Source: Chrysomallon squamiferum
Taxonomy: Eukaryota; Animalia; Mollusca
Assembly: GCA_012295275.1 (NCBI GenBank)
Contig: CM022677.1
Coordinates: 620,001 to 684,000 of the forward strand
DNA length: 64,000 nt
Direction: 5' to 3'
Under the pieces are notes generated by a model that made no database searches, was not told the origin of the DNA, and saw nothing but the letters and a program-made list of their open reading frames with translations. Every line of letters begins with the position of its first letter. Within the stretch, counting starts at the first letter, position 1. The translations under genes and the position numbers were made by a program. Below, piece by piece: positions 40,159-56,016 of this stretch.

Positions 40159-41613
40159 GTATTTCACTGTTTGTCTGTATGTCTGTAAAAATTACATACG
40201 ATTCGTAAACAGTTTGTCATTTTAGCGTTTATATTCCTTGTTAGGTGGCCATGTTACCGTAAAGCTTAACGTAAACCTCAACTTGTATAGTGGATAGGTA
40301 GACTTACTGATTTATATAGTTCGCTGTCATTTTAGCGTTTATATTCCTTGTTAGGTGGCCGTTAAAGCACCTTGTTACCGTGCACTGAGCCTTAATAAAA
40401 CATCCAAGGTGTTTAAAGGTGTGACCACGTGACAGTCGTCTCTTTATAACACTCCACAGTGAACCATCATAACACATTTGTGAACAGCAGTATTTAAACT
40501 TACTCTAATTAATACGCATTGTAAAATTATCCGATTTATACCATCAGCCAGTTTCATTCATCTGCAGTCATAAAGCAAACCAGTTTTCATTTTGTGTCGT
40601 ATTTCATCAGTAAAGTTTGTATTTTCTATGCAGCTACATTTAAAAAAAAACTAAAATAAAAATAACTTTCACTGCTATTCAGCTTGGTACGGTGTGACAA
40701 CCTGATTAGTGCCTCTTTGGCAGAATTGTTTTTAATTGTAATTTTGTTTTCTTTGAAGTGAATTATAGAATATTCACTAAATCTTTATTTTTATATGCCC
40801 CTTAAAGCAGAATGTCTGCTACATTTTATCTTAAATATCTTATTATATTACGATAATATTTATTTAGTTGTGTTGTATAATCATCTTTATAATTTATATT
40901 GTTACAGTCCTTATCTCTTTACGTAATTAATGACAGAAAATAGTGTTAAATACACAAAAACTAAATAGCAGAGCCTATGCAGATGTACACGGGCTATTAA
41001 GAAGCTGTTTTATATAATTAGGGGAAGTTCCGTTATTTAATAAACTAAGAAACACTGGGGTTTAAGTAACTGAAAATTGGTATTAAAAGCTTCAAAGTCA
41101 ATTCAGAAAGGCTATCTGCAGAGCTGTAGCTATTGGTGTATAAGTAGCGGCACGCGTTTTGAACGAGATCGAATATCTCACAACAGACTCTCCACCGTGA
41201 TGGTCGACATGGTGCAAGACCGGAAGAGAAGCTGTGAAGAATACTAACGGACGGATTGTGCTTACTGAGCAGAATTCAGAAACGAAAAAGATACTGTACC
41301 ATTTTCTTTATTTATTTAGACTTAAATTCTTATTTATATTATTTGTAGGCTTTTGTATTATTGTTACTTTTATTACTTTTTTTTTTTTTTTTTTTTTTTA
41401 CTGTTTGTTCGTCTTTAGTCTTTTACTTTCCGGTATCTTATATAACCGATACATCTTATCTTTATCTCGATCTGAAAGTGAGTTGCGTTAGCTTTAGTCT
41501 TTTTTCTGAATTAATATAGAATTGTCTATATATTTAAGAAATCCAAGTATATTTTAAAAAAAACAAAGAAACAATAACAACAAAACAACAACCCATACAT
41601 TTACACAACAAAC

Positions 41614-44408
<2,795 letters not shown>

Positions 44409-44569
44409 TTGAAGACAGCCTGGGCTTCAAAATACACACAAACGACAAAAGACTAAAACTGCACACAGACAGGAGAAATTCCACAAACACAAAACAACAG
44501 TGAACAAAAACAAAACAAAACAAACAGTAACAGCCATTTACAAACTCTTCACGATAAGCACACAAGAAC

Positions 44570-47500
44570 ACAGGCCTCTCCGTTCTTCAATGAACGCTAA
44601 AGGCTTCACTCAACAGGCCACGGAGACGAATTACTACACTTCCTGGCCTCCACTACAAACACACCGGACATAATATGCATTCAAGAAACATGGCTGGGAC
44701 ATTCCAACAAAAACAACAAAACAAAAAAAACCTTTAAGGTCCCCGGGTACCAAAGTCACTACGTCAACAGATACAACAGTACCCGGGGAGACATACAGAC
44801 TCTCGTGAAACAAGACATTTCAGACACCAAGCTGAACCAAGCCAAAGTTCACGGCAACATAGAAATATTAAGCATCACAGTACACAACAACAATCAAAAC
44901 ATCGACATCATTAACGTATACAGCCCACCCACTCCCGCACTACACACCATTCAAACCCACGACTTAAGCAAAATGACCACAACAAACAACAAGGTCATTA
45001 TAGTGGGCGATATCAACTGTCACAACACACTATGGGGTGGCTCGACAGACGACAGCCCTGGAATCGTCCTCAAAGATTTCCTAGAGCAAAACCAGCTGGT
45101 CTGTTTGAACGACGGAATATTCACATACACCAGCGACATCAATAGTGGCCAAACCGCCATTGATGTAACATTCACAAGTAAGGACCTCGCAGCGCTCTCC
45201 GAATGGCAAGTGCTCGATGAGCTAAACAGCGACCACCACCCGATACTCACCAACTACAACAGCAAGAACACCTTCTCGTGCAGACCCATCTTCACACCGA
45301 AATGGAACTTCAACAAAGCGGACTGGGAAGGCTTCTACAAAGCATGCAGAAACATCAACACGCAGAACCCCAACGACATCGACGCCTACCGCGCATCACT
45401 CACCAACACGATACACTCCATTGCAATCAGATACATACCCAAAACCAGAAAATGCACCGGCAAAATATCCACTCCCTGGTGGACGGAACGCATAGAAAAC
45501 AAATGCAAAGAGAGAAACAAATACAGAAGACAATACAAAAAAGACAGAAATCATTCTACGCACGAAAAATATAAAATATCAAAAAAAAAGAAGTTTCCAA
45601 CCTAATACTCACAGCGAAACAAGAACACTGGGAACTTTTTTGCAACAACATCGACCACAAAACATCAATCAAAGACATGTGGGCCAAAGTAAAAAACATC
45701 CAAGGCAAAAAAACCCACAGAATCAACACTCTCGGCAAAAACAACATCGCATTCATCGACAAGCAAAAAGCTGACCTACTCAGCCAAACCTTCGCCAAGT
45801 CCAGCAGCAATTCGAACTTCGAACTGAAATTCGCAAAGAAACCACTGGACAACCAAGCAATCGGCGAACACTCCGCAGACACAGAAAACATGAAATTCAA
45901 TCAAATATTCAACATCAGCGAATTAAAACATGCACTCAAAAACAAGAAAAGTACAGCCACGGAGCCAGATAAAATAAGCTACACAATACTACAACACCTA
46001 CCAGACGAAACACTACTCGTCATACTCGATCTTTACAACGCAATATGGACCACGCCGAGTGTTTCAGCTTTCCCAAACCACACAAAGATCACTCACTACC
46101 CAACAGCTACAGGCCGATCACGCTGACGTCACACATGTGCAAAACATTGGAAACAATGATCAACACACACCTGAACCAGCATTTAAACGACAACAATTTA
46201 ATCAGCAAATTTCAAAGCGGCTTCAGGAAGAAACACAGCACAAACGACCAGATCACCTGCCTGCAAACATCCATCAACCAATCTTTTAGGAAATCAAAAA
46301 AAGTCATAGCAGTTTTTTTAGACATTGAAAAAGCATTCGACAGGGTATGGAGCGAAGGACTGCTCGTTAAATTAATCAACAACAACATCAAAGGCAACAT
46401 GTTCAACTTTATCAAAGACTTTATTAACAACAGAACCATAGCAGTCAAAGTAAACGGTCACACCTCAGAGAAAACGACAATCGAAAACGGCATCCCCCAA
46501 GGATCCGTGATTTCGCCAACACTCTTCAACATCTACATCAACGACATCGTCACAGCACTCGACAAACAAGACAACGCCAGAAATCCACCAAAGGAACCAA
46601 TAAATACAGCACTCTTTGCAGACGACTGCGCCTTTTGGTGTGCAGGCAGATCGACCGCAGCAATACAGAAACAAATACAAAAACACTTAAACAACATAAA
46701 CGACTGGATGTTGAAATGGGGCAAAAAGATTTCTCTTTCCAAAACAACATACCTCCTTTTCAACAAGAAATCAGACAACAGCAAGATCACACTCAACATC
46801 GACAACAACGTCATAACACAAACAAAGACATTCAAAATTCGACAGTCAATTCAACTTCCGATGCCACATACACAACATAATTGCATCCTGCAAAAAAACC
46901 AATCAATCTTCTAAAGTTAATTTCCGGAACCAGTTGGGGAGCAAACGAGTCAACGCTGATTTTGATACACAAAGCGTGTATTCTCTCCAAGCTCGACTAC
47001 GGAGCCACGGCTTACTCGAATGCTCCCAAACTCTATTTAAAAAAACTAGACACAATTCAATCAAGTGTCCTCAGGGTGATCGGCCACCTGCCAAACACAA
47101 CACCATCCGACAGCCTCCTCTCTGAATACAGCATCCAATCATTAAAATACAGAAGAAAACTGCAGCTACTAAAATACAACCAGAAAATGCACACACTCAA
47201 CACAGACCACCCTGGTCAAGGACCTGGTCCCAGACCAACAAAGGATAGGACAACTCTTTAAATCGCATAGTCTACTGCTATCGAATTTCCCGACAACAGC
47301 TAGCGAAATCGAAAGGGAAACAGGAATAGGGGAAATGCCACTGCCGGCATACCACAAAGAAACAAAACCAACAATAAACACACCTTTCCTGATCAAAAGA
47401 GAAACTGACAAAACAGAGATCCCTCCGTTCAAAAAAGGCATTTTTTTGGCAGCAGCAAACGACCACTACAAACAACACACGCACATCTACACTGACGGAT

Positions 47501-47700
47501 CCAAAAACCCAGACAATTGGAGAGTAGGATTCGCCTTCATAGCCCAAGATCACACAAACAAACCCACATGCATACAATTCAGCAGTATCAGAAATCACAT
47601 TTCGGTGTATACGGCCGAATTGGTAGCCATCATCAGAGCCATGCTGTGGGTAAAACACAACAACAACAAACACACAGTCATATTCTCGGACAGTCCGTGA
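44570..47700 (+). pseudogene. LINE ORF2: APE endonuclease, reverse transcriptase, RNase H; frameshifted
   Basis: PDIICIQETW, VGDINCH, SDHHPI; YRPITLTS, QSGFR, FLDIEKAFD, GIPQGSVISP, LFADD; YTDGSK, TAELVAI, IFSDS. Confidence 0.95.
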
Positions 47701-48803
47701 TCTGATCTCAATACAATCCGGATACAATAAGGAAATAACAACAACAACAACAACAAGATCGAAATGAAAATACATTCACCATCGCGCCGTCGTGATCTCG
47801 CAATTCAATTTTACGTTGGAAGATACCTTTTTCAAATCGCACGCACGCACGTACACACAGGCACGCACGCACGCACACACACACAGACACAGACACACAC
47901 ACACACACAGGCACACACACACAAAAACACACACACCCAGGCGCGTGCTGAAATAACATACGTACACGCACAATCAGGCATACACAACACGGTCACTCCA
48001 AAAAAAAAAAAAAAAATAAATAAATAAATAAATAAAAAATAAATAAATAAATAAAGAAAGAAAAAATAAAAAATAAATAAAGAAATAAATATTAAGAAAA
48101 AAATAATTTACCGCCTTCATTTCCTTACACGGCTTATCTCCCTCTAAGAATTCTCGTTTCGTGTAGTCGTCGAAATTACCAGAGAAAAATAATCTCTAAA
48201 TTCGATGCAAAGTTGCCGCCACGTTTGTGTGCTTGATTCCAAAAATTAATCTATACGGATTTAGTTTGAACTTGGTGCTGCCAAAAGAATTGTTGTGGTT
48301 TTTTTTTTCTTTTGGTTTATTTGCTTTTTTTCAATAGGGTTCAATACGTTTAATAAATGAGTTAGTTTTGCTGCAGTGAACAAAAAAAACGCATGCAAGA
48401 CCAAGTCCACGGTACCGACGCACACTAGGCACACTGTCGTCTGTGGAGTCGGCTCGATCTTCCATTCGTAAAGATGTTTTCTGACTAACTGCAACAACAA
48501 CAACAACAACAACAACAACGTGTCTGATCATTTGATAAATTAAATCGTAATCGTCGTTATTTTCCATTAAGACAGAATTTAATCATTTTTTAATGTTCGA
48601 AGAGAACCTGGTCAATTGTAAATGGGTAGGTTATTCGTCAATAGATGAGGCAACTGCCGAATTGTCTGTCATTTTAAAAGAAAAAGAAAAAAAGAAAAGA
48701 AGAAGAAAAAAACAACAACAAGGAAACAAAAAGACGAACCGACGTCTATTTATCTTCGTTCTTCTTATTGCGTGCGCTGAATAACGACAACGATAATGAT
48801 GGC

Positions 48804-48847
<44 letters not shown>

Positions 48848-49249
48848 TGATGATGATAATAAAATCGAAATGAAAATACATTAATTATCGCGCCGTCGTG
48901 ATCTCGCAATTCAATTTTACGTTGGAAGATACCTTTTTCGAACCGGCACGCGCACCCACGCCCGCACACGCACGCACGCACGCACACGCACATACACAGG
49001 CGTGTTCTGAAATAACAAACATACGTACACACACAATCAGACATACACAACACGGTCACTCCAAAACCTGCGCCCACGCACACACTCGCTACCGATGTCA
49101 ATTGGCTCTTGCTGTTGCTCTTAAAATAAGAAAGAAAGAAAGAAACAAAGAAAGTAAGAAAGAAAGAAACGAAGAAAGAAAGAAAGAAAGTAAGAAAGTA
49201 AGAAAGAAAGAAAAGAAAGAAAAAAAAAAAGAAAAGAAAAGAAAGAGGC

Positions 49250-49369
49250 GTGTCTACGGCACTCGGTGTTCCCAGGCGGTCACCCATCCAAGTACTGTCC
49301 GAACCCTGCGTTGCTTAACTTCGGTGATCGGACGAGAACCGGTGTTTTCAACGTGGTGTGGCCGTAGAC
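49250..49369 (-). rRNA. 5S rRNA: 5S rRNA gene (variant)
   Basis: GTCTACGGCCACACCACGTTGAAAACACCGGTTCTCGTCCGATCACCGAAGTTAAGC...GGATGGGTGACCGCCTGGGAACACC...GCCGTAGAC. Helix I pairs perfectly; T-runs follow downstream. Confidence 0.97.
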
Positions 49370-49391
49370 GATCGCTTTAACGAACCGAAGT

Positions 49392-49400
49392 CTATTTATC
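49392..49400 (-). promoter_or_regulatory. TATA-like element (GATAAATAG) about 25-30 bp upstream of the 5S gene
   Basis: Typical position for 5S genes; conserved in the duplicate upstream block at ~48746-48754. Confidence 0.5.
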
Positions 49401-49652
49401 TTTGTTGTTCTTATTGCGTGCGCTAAATAACGATGACGATGGCAATAATAATAATAATAATAATAATTAGTAGTAGTAGTAGTAGTAGTAGTAATAGCAG
49501 TAGTAGTAATAGTAGCGGTAATGATAATAATAGAAAGGTTTCGTACTTATCTTGTGTTCACGAGTCATTTTGCACGAAATTAGCATTATTGCTGTTGTTG
49601 TTGTTGGTGGTGGTGGTGGTGCTGCTGCTGCTGCTGTGTTGTTGCTGTTTTA

Positions 49653-49686
<34 letters not shown>

Positions 49687-49939
49687 TCATACTTATTATT
49701 ATTATTAATAATTTTGTATGTTTCTTGGTTTGTTTGTTTGTTTGTTTGTTTGTTTGTTTGTTTGTTTATTTATTTATTTATTTATTTACTTACTTATTAT
49801 TTTCTAAATGACTAAAAAAATAATAATAATAAAATACATAAAAAGGAAACATTGAAATTGAAATGCATTAATAATCGCGCCGTCGTGATGTGCCAATTCA
49901 GTTTCAGATTGGAAGACACCTTTTTCAAACCGACGCACG

Positions 49940-49975
<36 letters not shown>

Positions 49976-50076
49976 TACAATACAATACAATACATACATA
50001 CATACATACATACTTACGCACACACGGTCGCACAAACATAAACACACGGTTCCCATGGCAGCGCTGAGATGAATGT

Positions 50077-50547
50077 TTGACATTGAATGCAGTTATAAAA
50101 TGCATCAGCACTATAAAAGCTAATGCCAAATGTGAGCATCTTTTCAAACAATTTTGCAAGGATCAAAATGCAGACTATGTAAGATTATTACTTCATAGAG
50201 ATGTAAGGTGGTTATCAAAGGGGAATTGCCTGAAAAGATTCATGGAATTATTTGATATTCTTAGTGAGTTCTTGGAAGACAAACCCTATATGACTCTGTT
50301 ACTGACAGTTGATGGAAAAGCACTTGTCAGTTATTTAGCAGATATATTTGAAAAACTCAATGTCTTAAATAAGGAGCTCCAAGGAACAATTATGACTCTT
50401 GTTAATTCAAAGGCAAAGATGTTTGGCTTTATATCATTTCTGGAATTATCCCAAGAAAATATATCTGTCAAAAACTTTGAACAATTTTATTGGCTGAATA
50501 CATATGAGGTAACAGATGCTACTTGTCTTGTTTTACTGGCTGAATAA
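50077..50547 (+). pseudogene. Internal fragment of a hAT/Buster (ZBED5/ZBED8/FAM200-like) transposase
   Basis: LLLHRDVRWLSKGNCLKRF and YLADIFEKLNVLNKELQG motifs. Confidence 0.9.
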
Positions 50548-53500
50548 ATGTGAGGTAACAGATGCTACTTGTCTTGTTTTACTGGCTGAATAAATGTGAG
50601 GTAACAGATGCTACTTGTCTTGTTTTACTGGCTGAATAAATGAATAAAGATGTGAGGTGAACAGATGCTACTTGTCTTGTTTTACTGGCTGAATAAATGT
50701 GAGGTAACAGATGCTACTTGTCTTGTTTTACTGGCTGAATAAATGTGAGGTAACAGATGCTACTTGTTTTACTTGTTTGCTACTTGTTTTACTGAATAAT
50801 ACATGTGAGGTAACAGATGCTACTTGTCTTGTTTTACTGGCTGAATAAATGTGAGGTAACAGATGCTACTTGTCTTGTTTTACTGGCTGAATAAATGTGA
50901 GGTAACAGATGCTACTTGTCTTGTTTTACTGGCTGAATAAATGTGAGGTAACAGATGCTGTATGTCTTGTTTTACTGGCTGAATAAATGTGAGGTAACAG
51001 ATGCTACTTGTCTTGTTTTACTGACTGAATAAATGTGAGGTAACAGATGCTGTATGTCTTGTTTTACTGACTGAATAAATGTGAGGTAACAGATGCTGTA
51101 TGTCTTGTTTTACTGACTGAATAAATGTGAGGTAACAGATGCTACTTGTCTTGTTTTACTGACTGAATACATGTGAGGTAACAGATGCTGTATGTCTTGT
51201 TTTACTGGCTGAATAAATTGTTTTACTTGTTTTACTGAATAAATGTGAGGTAACAGATGCTGTATGTCTTGTTTTACTGACTGAATAAATGTGAGGTAAC
51301 AGATGCTACTTGTCTTGTTTTGTTTTACTGGCTGAATAAATGTGAGGTAACAGATGCTGACTGGCTGAATAAATGTGAGGTAACAGATGCTACTTGTCTT
51401 GTTTTACTGGCTGAATAAATGTGAGGTAACAGATGCTACTTGTCTTGTTTTACTGGCTGAATAAATGTGAGGTAACAGATGCTACTTGTCTTGTTTTACT
51501 GGCTGAATAAATGTGAGGTAACAGATGCTACTTGTCTTGTTTTACTGGCTGAATAAATGTGAGGTAACAGATGCTACTTGTCTTGTTTTGAATAAATGTG
51601 AGGTGAATAAATCTTGTTTTACTGGAATAAATGTGAGATGCTGTATGTCTTGTTTTACTGGCTGAATAAATGTGAGGTAACAGATGCTACTTGTCTTGTT
51701 TTACTGGCTGAATAAATGTGAGGTAACAGATGCTACTTGTGAATAAATGTGAGGTTTTGCTACTTGTTTTACTGAAATAAATGTGAGGTAACAGATGCTA
51801 CTTGTCTTGTTTTACTGGCTGAATAAATGTGAGGTAACAGATGCTACTTGTCTTGTTTTACTGAATGAATAAATGTGTTTTACTGGTAACAGATGCTACT
51901 TGTCTTGTTTTACTGGCTGAATAAATGTGAGGTAACAGATGCTACTTGTCTTGTTTTACTGAATAAATGTGAATAAATGTGAGGTGAATAAAACAGATTC
52001 TACTTGTCTTGTTTTACTGAATAAATGTGAGGTTGTCTTGTTTTACTGGCTGAATAAATGTGAGGTAACAGATGCTACTTGTCTTGTTTTACTGGCTGAA
52101 TAAATGTGAGGTAACAGATGCTACTTGTCTTGTTTTACTGGCTGAATAAATGTGAGGTAACAGATGCTACTTGTCTTGTTTTACTGGCTGAATAAATGTG
52201 AGGTAACAGATGCTACTTGTCTTGTTTTACTGGCTGAATAAATGTGAGGTAACAGATGCTACTTGTCTTGTTTTACTGGCTGAATAAATGTGAGGTAACA
52301 GATGCTACTTGTCTTGTTTTACTGGCTGAATAAATGTGAGGTAACAGATGCTACTTGTCTTGTTTTACTGGCTGAATAAATGTGAGGTAACAGATGCTAC
52401 TTGTCTTGTTTTACTGACTGAATAAATGTTGTACTTGTCTTGTTTTACTGACTGAATAAATGTGAGGTAACAGATGCTGTGTCTTGTTTTGTCTTGTTTT
52501 TTTACTGGCTGAATAAATGTGAGGTAACAGATGCTGTATGTCTTGTTTTACTGACTGAATAAATGTTTGCTACTTGTCTTGTTTTACTGAATAAATGTGA
52601 GGTAACAGATGCTACTTGTCTTGTTTTACTGGCTGAATAAATGTGAGGTAAACAGAGATGCTGTTGTCTTGTTTTATGAATAAATGTGTCAGATTGTATG
52701 TCTTTGTTTTACTGACTGAATAAATGTGAGGTAACAGATGCTGTATGTCTTGTTTTACTGACTGAATAAATGTGAGGTAACAGATGCTACTTGTCTTGTT
52801 TTACTGACTGAATACATGTGAGGTAACAGATGCTACTTGTCTTGTTTTACTGACTGAATACATGTGAGGTAACAGATGCTACTTGTCTTGTTTTACTGGC
52901 TGAATAAATGTGAGGTAACAGATGCTACTTGTCTTGTTTTACTGGCTGAATAAATGTGAGGTAACAGATGCTACTTGTCTTGTTTTACTGAATAAATGTG
53001 AGGTAACAGATGCTACTTGTCTTGTTTTACTGACTGAATAAATGTGAGGTAACAGATGCTACTTGTCTTGTTTTACTGGCTGAATAAATGTGAGGTAACA
53101 GATGCTGTATGTCTTGTTTTACTGACTGAATACATGTGAGGTAACAGATGCTACTTGTCTTGTTTTACTGGCTGAATAAATGTGAGGTAACAGATGCTAC
53201 TTGTTTTACTTGTTTTACTGCTACTGAATAAATGTGAGGTAACAGATGCTACTTGTCTTGTTTTGGCTGAATAAATGAATAAAGATGCTGTCTTGTTTTA
53301 CTGGCTGAATAAATGTGAGGTAACAGATGCTGTATGTCTTGTTTTACTGACTGAATAAATGTGAGGTAACAGATGCTACTTGTCTTGTTTTACTGGCTGA
53401 ATAAATGTGAGGTAACAGATGCTGTATGTCTTGTTTTACTGACTGAATAAATGTGAGGTAACAGATGCTACTTGTCTTGTTTTACTGGCTGAATAAATGT

Positions 53501-56016
53501 GAGGTAACAGATGCTACTTGTCTTGTTTTACTGGCTGAATAAATGTGAGGTAACAGATGCTACTTGTCTTGTTTTACTGGCTGAATAAATGTGAGGTAAC
53601 AGATGCTACTTGTCTTGTTTTACTGACTGAATACATGTGAGGTAACAGATGCTGTTTCTTGTTTTACTGGCTGAATAAATGTGAGGTAACAGATGCTACT
53701 TGTCTTGTTTTACTGGCTGAATAAATGTGAGGTAACAGATGCTACTTGTCTTGTTTTACTGGCTGAATAAATGTGAGGTAACAGATGCTGTATGTCTTGT
53801 TTTACTGGCTGAATAAATGTGAGGTAACAGATGCTGTATGTCTTGTTTTACTGGCTGAATAAATGTGAGGTAACAGATGCTGTATGTCTTGTTTTACTGG
53901 CTGAATAAATGTGAGGTAACAGATGCTACTTGTCTTGTTTTACTGACTGAATAAATGTGAGGTAACAGATGCTACTTGTCTTGTTTTACTGACTGAATAA
54001 ATGTGAGGTAACAGATGCTACTTGTCTTGTTTTACTGGCTGAATAAATGTGAGGTAACAGATGCTGTATGTCTTGTTTTACTGACTGAATACATGTGAAG
54101 TAACAGATGCTACTTGTCTTGTTTTACTGGCTGAATAAATGTGAGGTAACAGATGCTACTTGTCTTGTTTTACTGGCTGAATAAATGTGAGGTAACAGAT
54201 GCTGTATGTCTTGTTTTACTGACTGAATAAATGTGAGGTAACAGATGCTGTATGTCTTGTTTTACTGACTGAATAAATGTGAGGTAACAGATGCTACTTG
54301 TCTTGTTTTACTGGCTGAATAAATGTGAGGTAACAGATGCTACTTGTCTTGTTTTACTGGCTGAATAAATGTGAGGTAACAGATGCTACTTGTCTTGTTT
54401 TACTGGCTGAATAAATGTGAGGTAACAGATGCTGTATGTCTTGTTTTACTGGCTGAATAAATGTGAGGTAACAGATGCTACTTGTCTTGTTTTACTGGCT
54501 GAATAAATGTGAGGTAACAGATGCTACTTGTCTTGTTTTACTGGCTGAATAAATGTGAGGTAACAGATGCTACTTGTCTTGTTTTACTGACTGAATAAAT
54601 GTGAGGTAACTTGTTTTACTGGCTGAATAAATGTGAGGTAACAGATGCTACTTGTCTTGTTTTACTGGCTGAATAAATGTGAGGTAACAGATGCTACTTG
54701 TCTTGTTTTACTGGCTGAATAAATGTGAGGTAACAGATGCTGTATGTCTTGTTTTACTGACTGAATAAATGTGAGGTAACAGATGCTACTTGTCTTGTTT
54801 TACTGGCTGAATAAATGTGAGGTAACAGATGCTAACATGTGAGGTAACAGATGCTGTATGTCTTGTTTTACTGACTGAATAAATGTGAGGTAACAGATGC
54901 TGTTGTCTTGTTTTACTGGCTGAATAAATGAATAACAGATGTGTCTTGTTTTACTGACTGAATAACAGATTGTTGTCTTGTTTTACTGACTGAATACATG
55001 TGAGGTAACAGATGCTGTATGTCTTGTTTTACTGACTGAATACATGTGAGGTAACAGATGCTACTTGTCTTGTTTTACTGACTGAATACATGTGAGGTAA
55101 CAGATGCTACTTGTCTTGTTTTACTGGCTGAATAAATGTGAGGTAACAGATGCTACTTGTCTTGTTTTACTGGCTGAATAAATGTGAGGTAACAGATGCT
55201 ACTTGTCTTGTTTTACTGGCTGAATAAATGTGAGGTAACAGATGCTACTTGTCTTGTTTTACTGACTGAATACATGTGAGGTAACAGATGCTAACTTGTT
55301 TTATGCTGAATAAATGTCTTGTTTTTTACTGACTGAATAAATGGTAACAGATGCTACTTGTCTTGTTTTACTGAATAAATGTGAGGTAACAGATGCTGTA
55401 TGTCTTGTTTTACTGGCTGAATAAATGTGAGGTAACAGATGCTACTTGTCTTGTTTTACTGACTGAATAAATGTGAGGTAACAGATGCTACTTGTCTTGT
55501 TTTACTGACTGAATACATGTGAGGTAACAGATGCTGTATGTCTTGTTTTACTGACTGAATAAATGTGAGGTAACAGATGCTACTTGTCTTGTTTTACTGA
55601 CTGAATACATGTGAGGTAACAGATGCTACTTGTCTTGTTTTACTGGCTGAATAAATGTGAGGTAACAGATGCTACTTGTCTTGTTTTACTGGCTGAATAA
55701 AACAGATGCTGTCTTGTTTTACTGGCTGAATAAATGTGAGGTAACAGATGCTACTTGTCTTGTTTTACTGGCTGAATAAATGTGAGGTAACAGATGCTAC
55801 TTGTCTTGTTTTACTGAATAAATGTGAGGTAACTGAATAAATAAATGTGAGGTAACAGATGCTACTTGTCTTGTTTTACTGGCTGAATAAATGTGAGGTA
55901 ACAGATGCTACTTGTCTTGTTTTAAATAAATGTGAGGTAACAGATGCTACTTGTCTTGTTTTACTGGCTGAATAAATGTGAGGTAACAGATGCTACTTGT
56001 CTTGTTTTACTGGATG
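50490..56016 (+). repeat. 46-bp satellite, roughly 120 copies, running into a gap
   Basis: Unit tggctgaataaatgtgaggtaacagatgctacttgtcttgttttac, with variants gac/ggc, gctgtatg and tacatg. Confidence 0.98.

Larger units (their letters stand above)
28400..41170. repeat. Right arm of the inverted duplication
   Basis: Reverse complement of 22360-14475 and 5500-1886, with indels. Begins immediately after the gap. Confidence 0.92.
47758..50060. repeat. 5S rDNA array remnant: three ~1.0-1.1-kb spacer units
   Basis: Conserved block atcgcgccgtcgtgat...ttggaagaYaccttttt at ~47781, ~48887 and ~49874, each followed by CA-rich repeats and cacggt. The 5S upstream region is duplicated at 48733-48810 and 49380-49450. 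Confidence 0.8.

Noticed and set aside
41130-41170. TATA-like tataagta upstream of the shared site, suggesting an snRNA or promoter target
   Set aside because: The left copy reads tacaagta, spacing to the TCAGT is too long, and the downstream sequence matches no snRNA or rRNA I know.
48190-48300. Sm-site-like AATTTTTGG on the minus strand (snRNA or SL RNA?)
   Set aside because: No recognisable U1, U2, U4 or U5 sequence and no convincing leader or donor; the motif is common in AT-rich DNA.
50490-56016. CRISPR-like regular array
   Set aside because: Head-to-tail units with no unique spacers, no cas genes, and a eukaryotic context. The same applies to 21007-21216 and 56710-57955.
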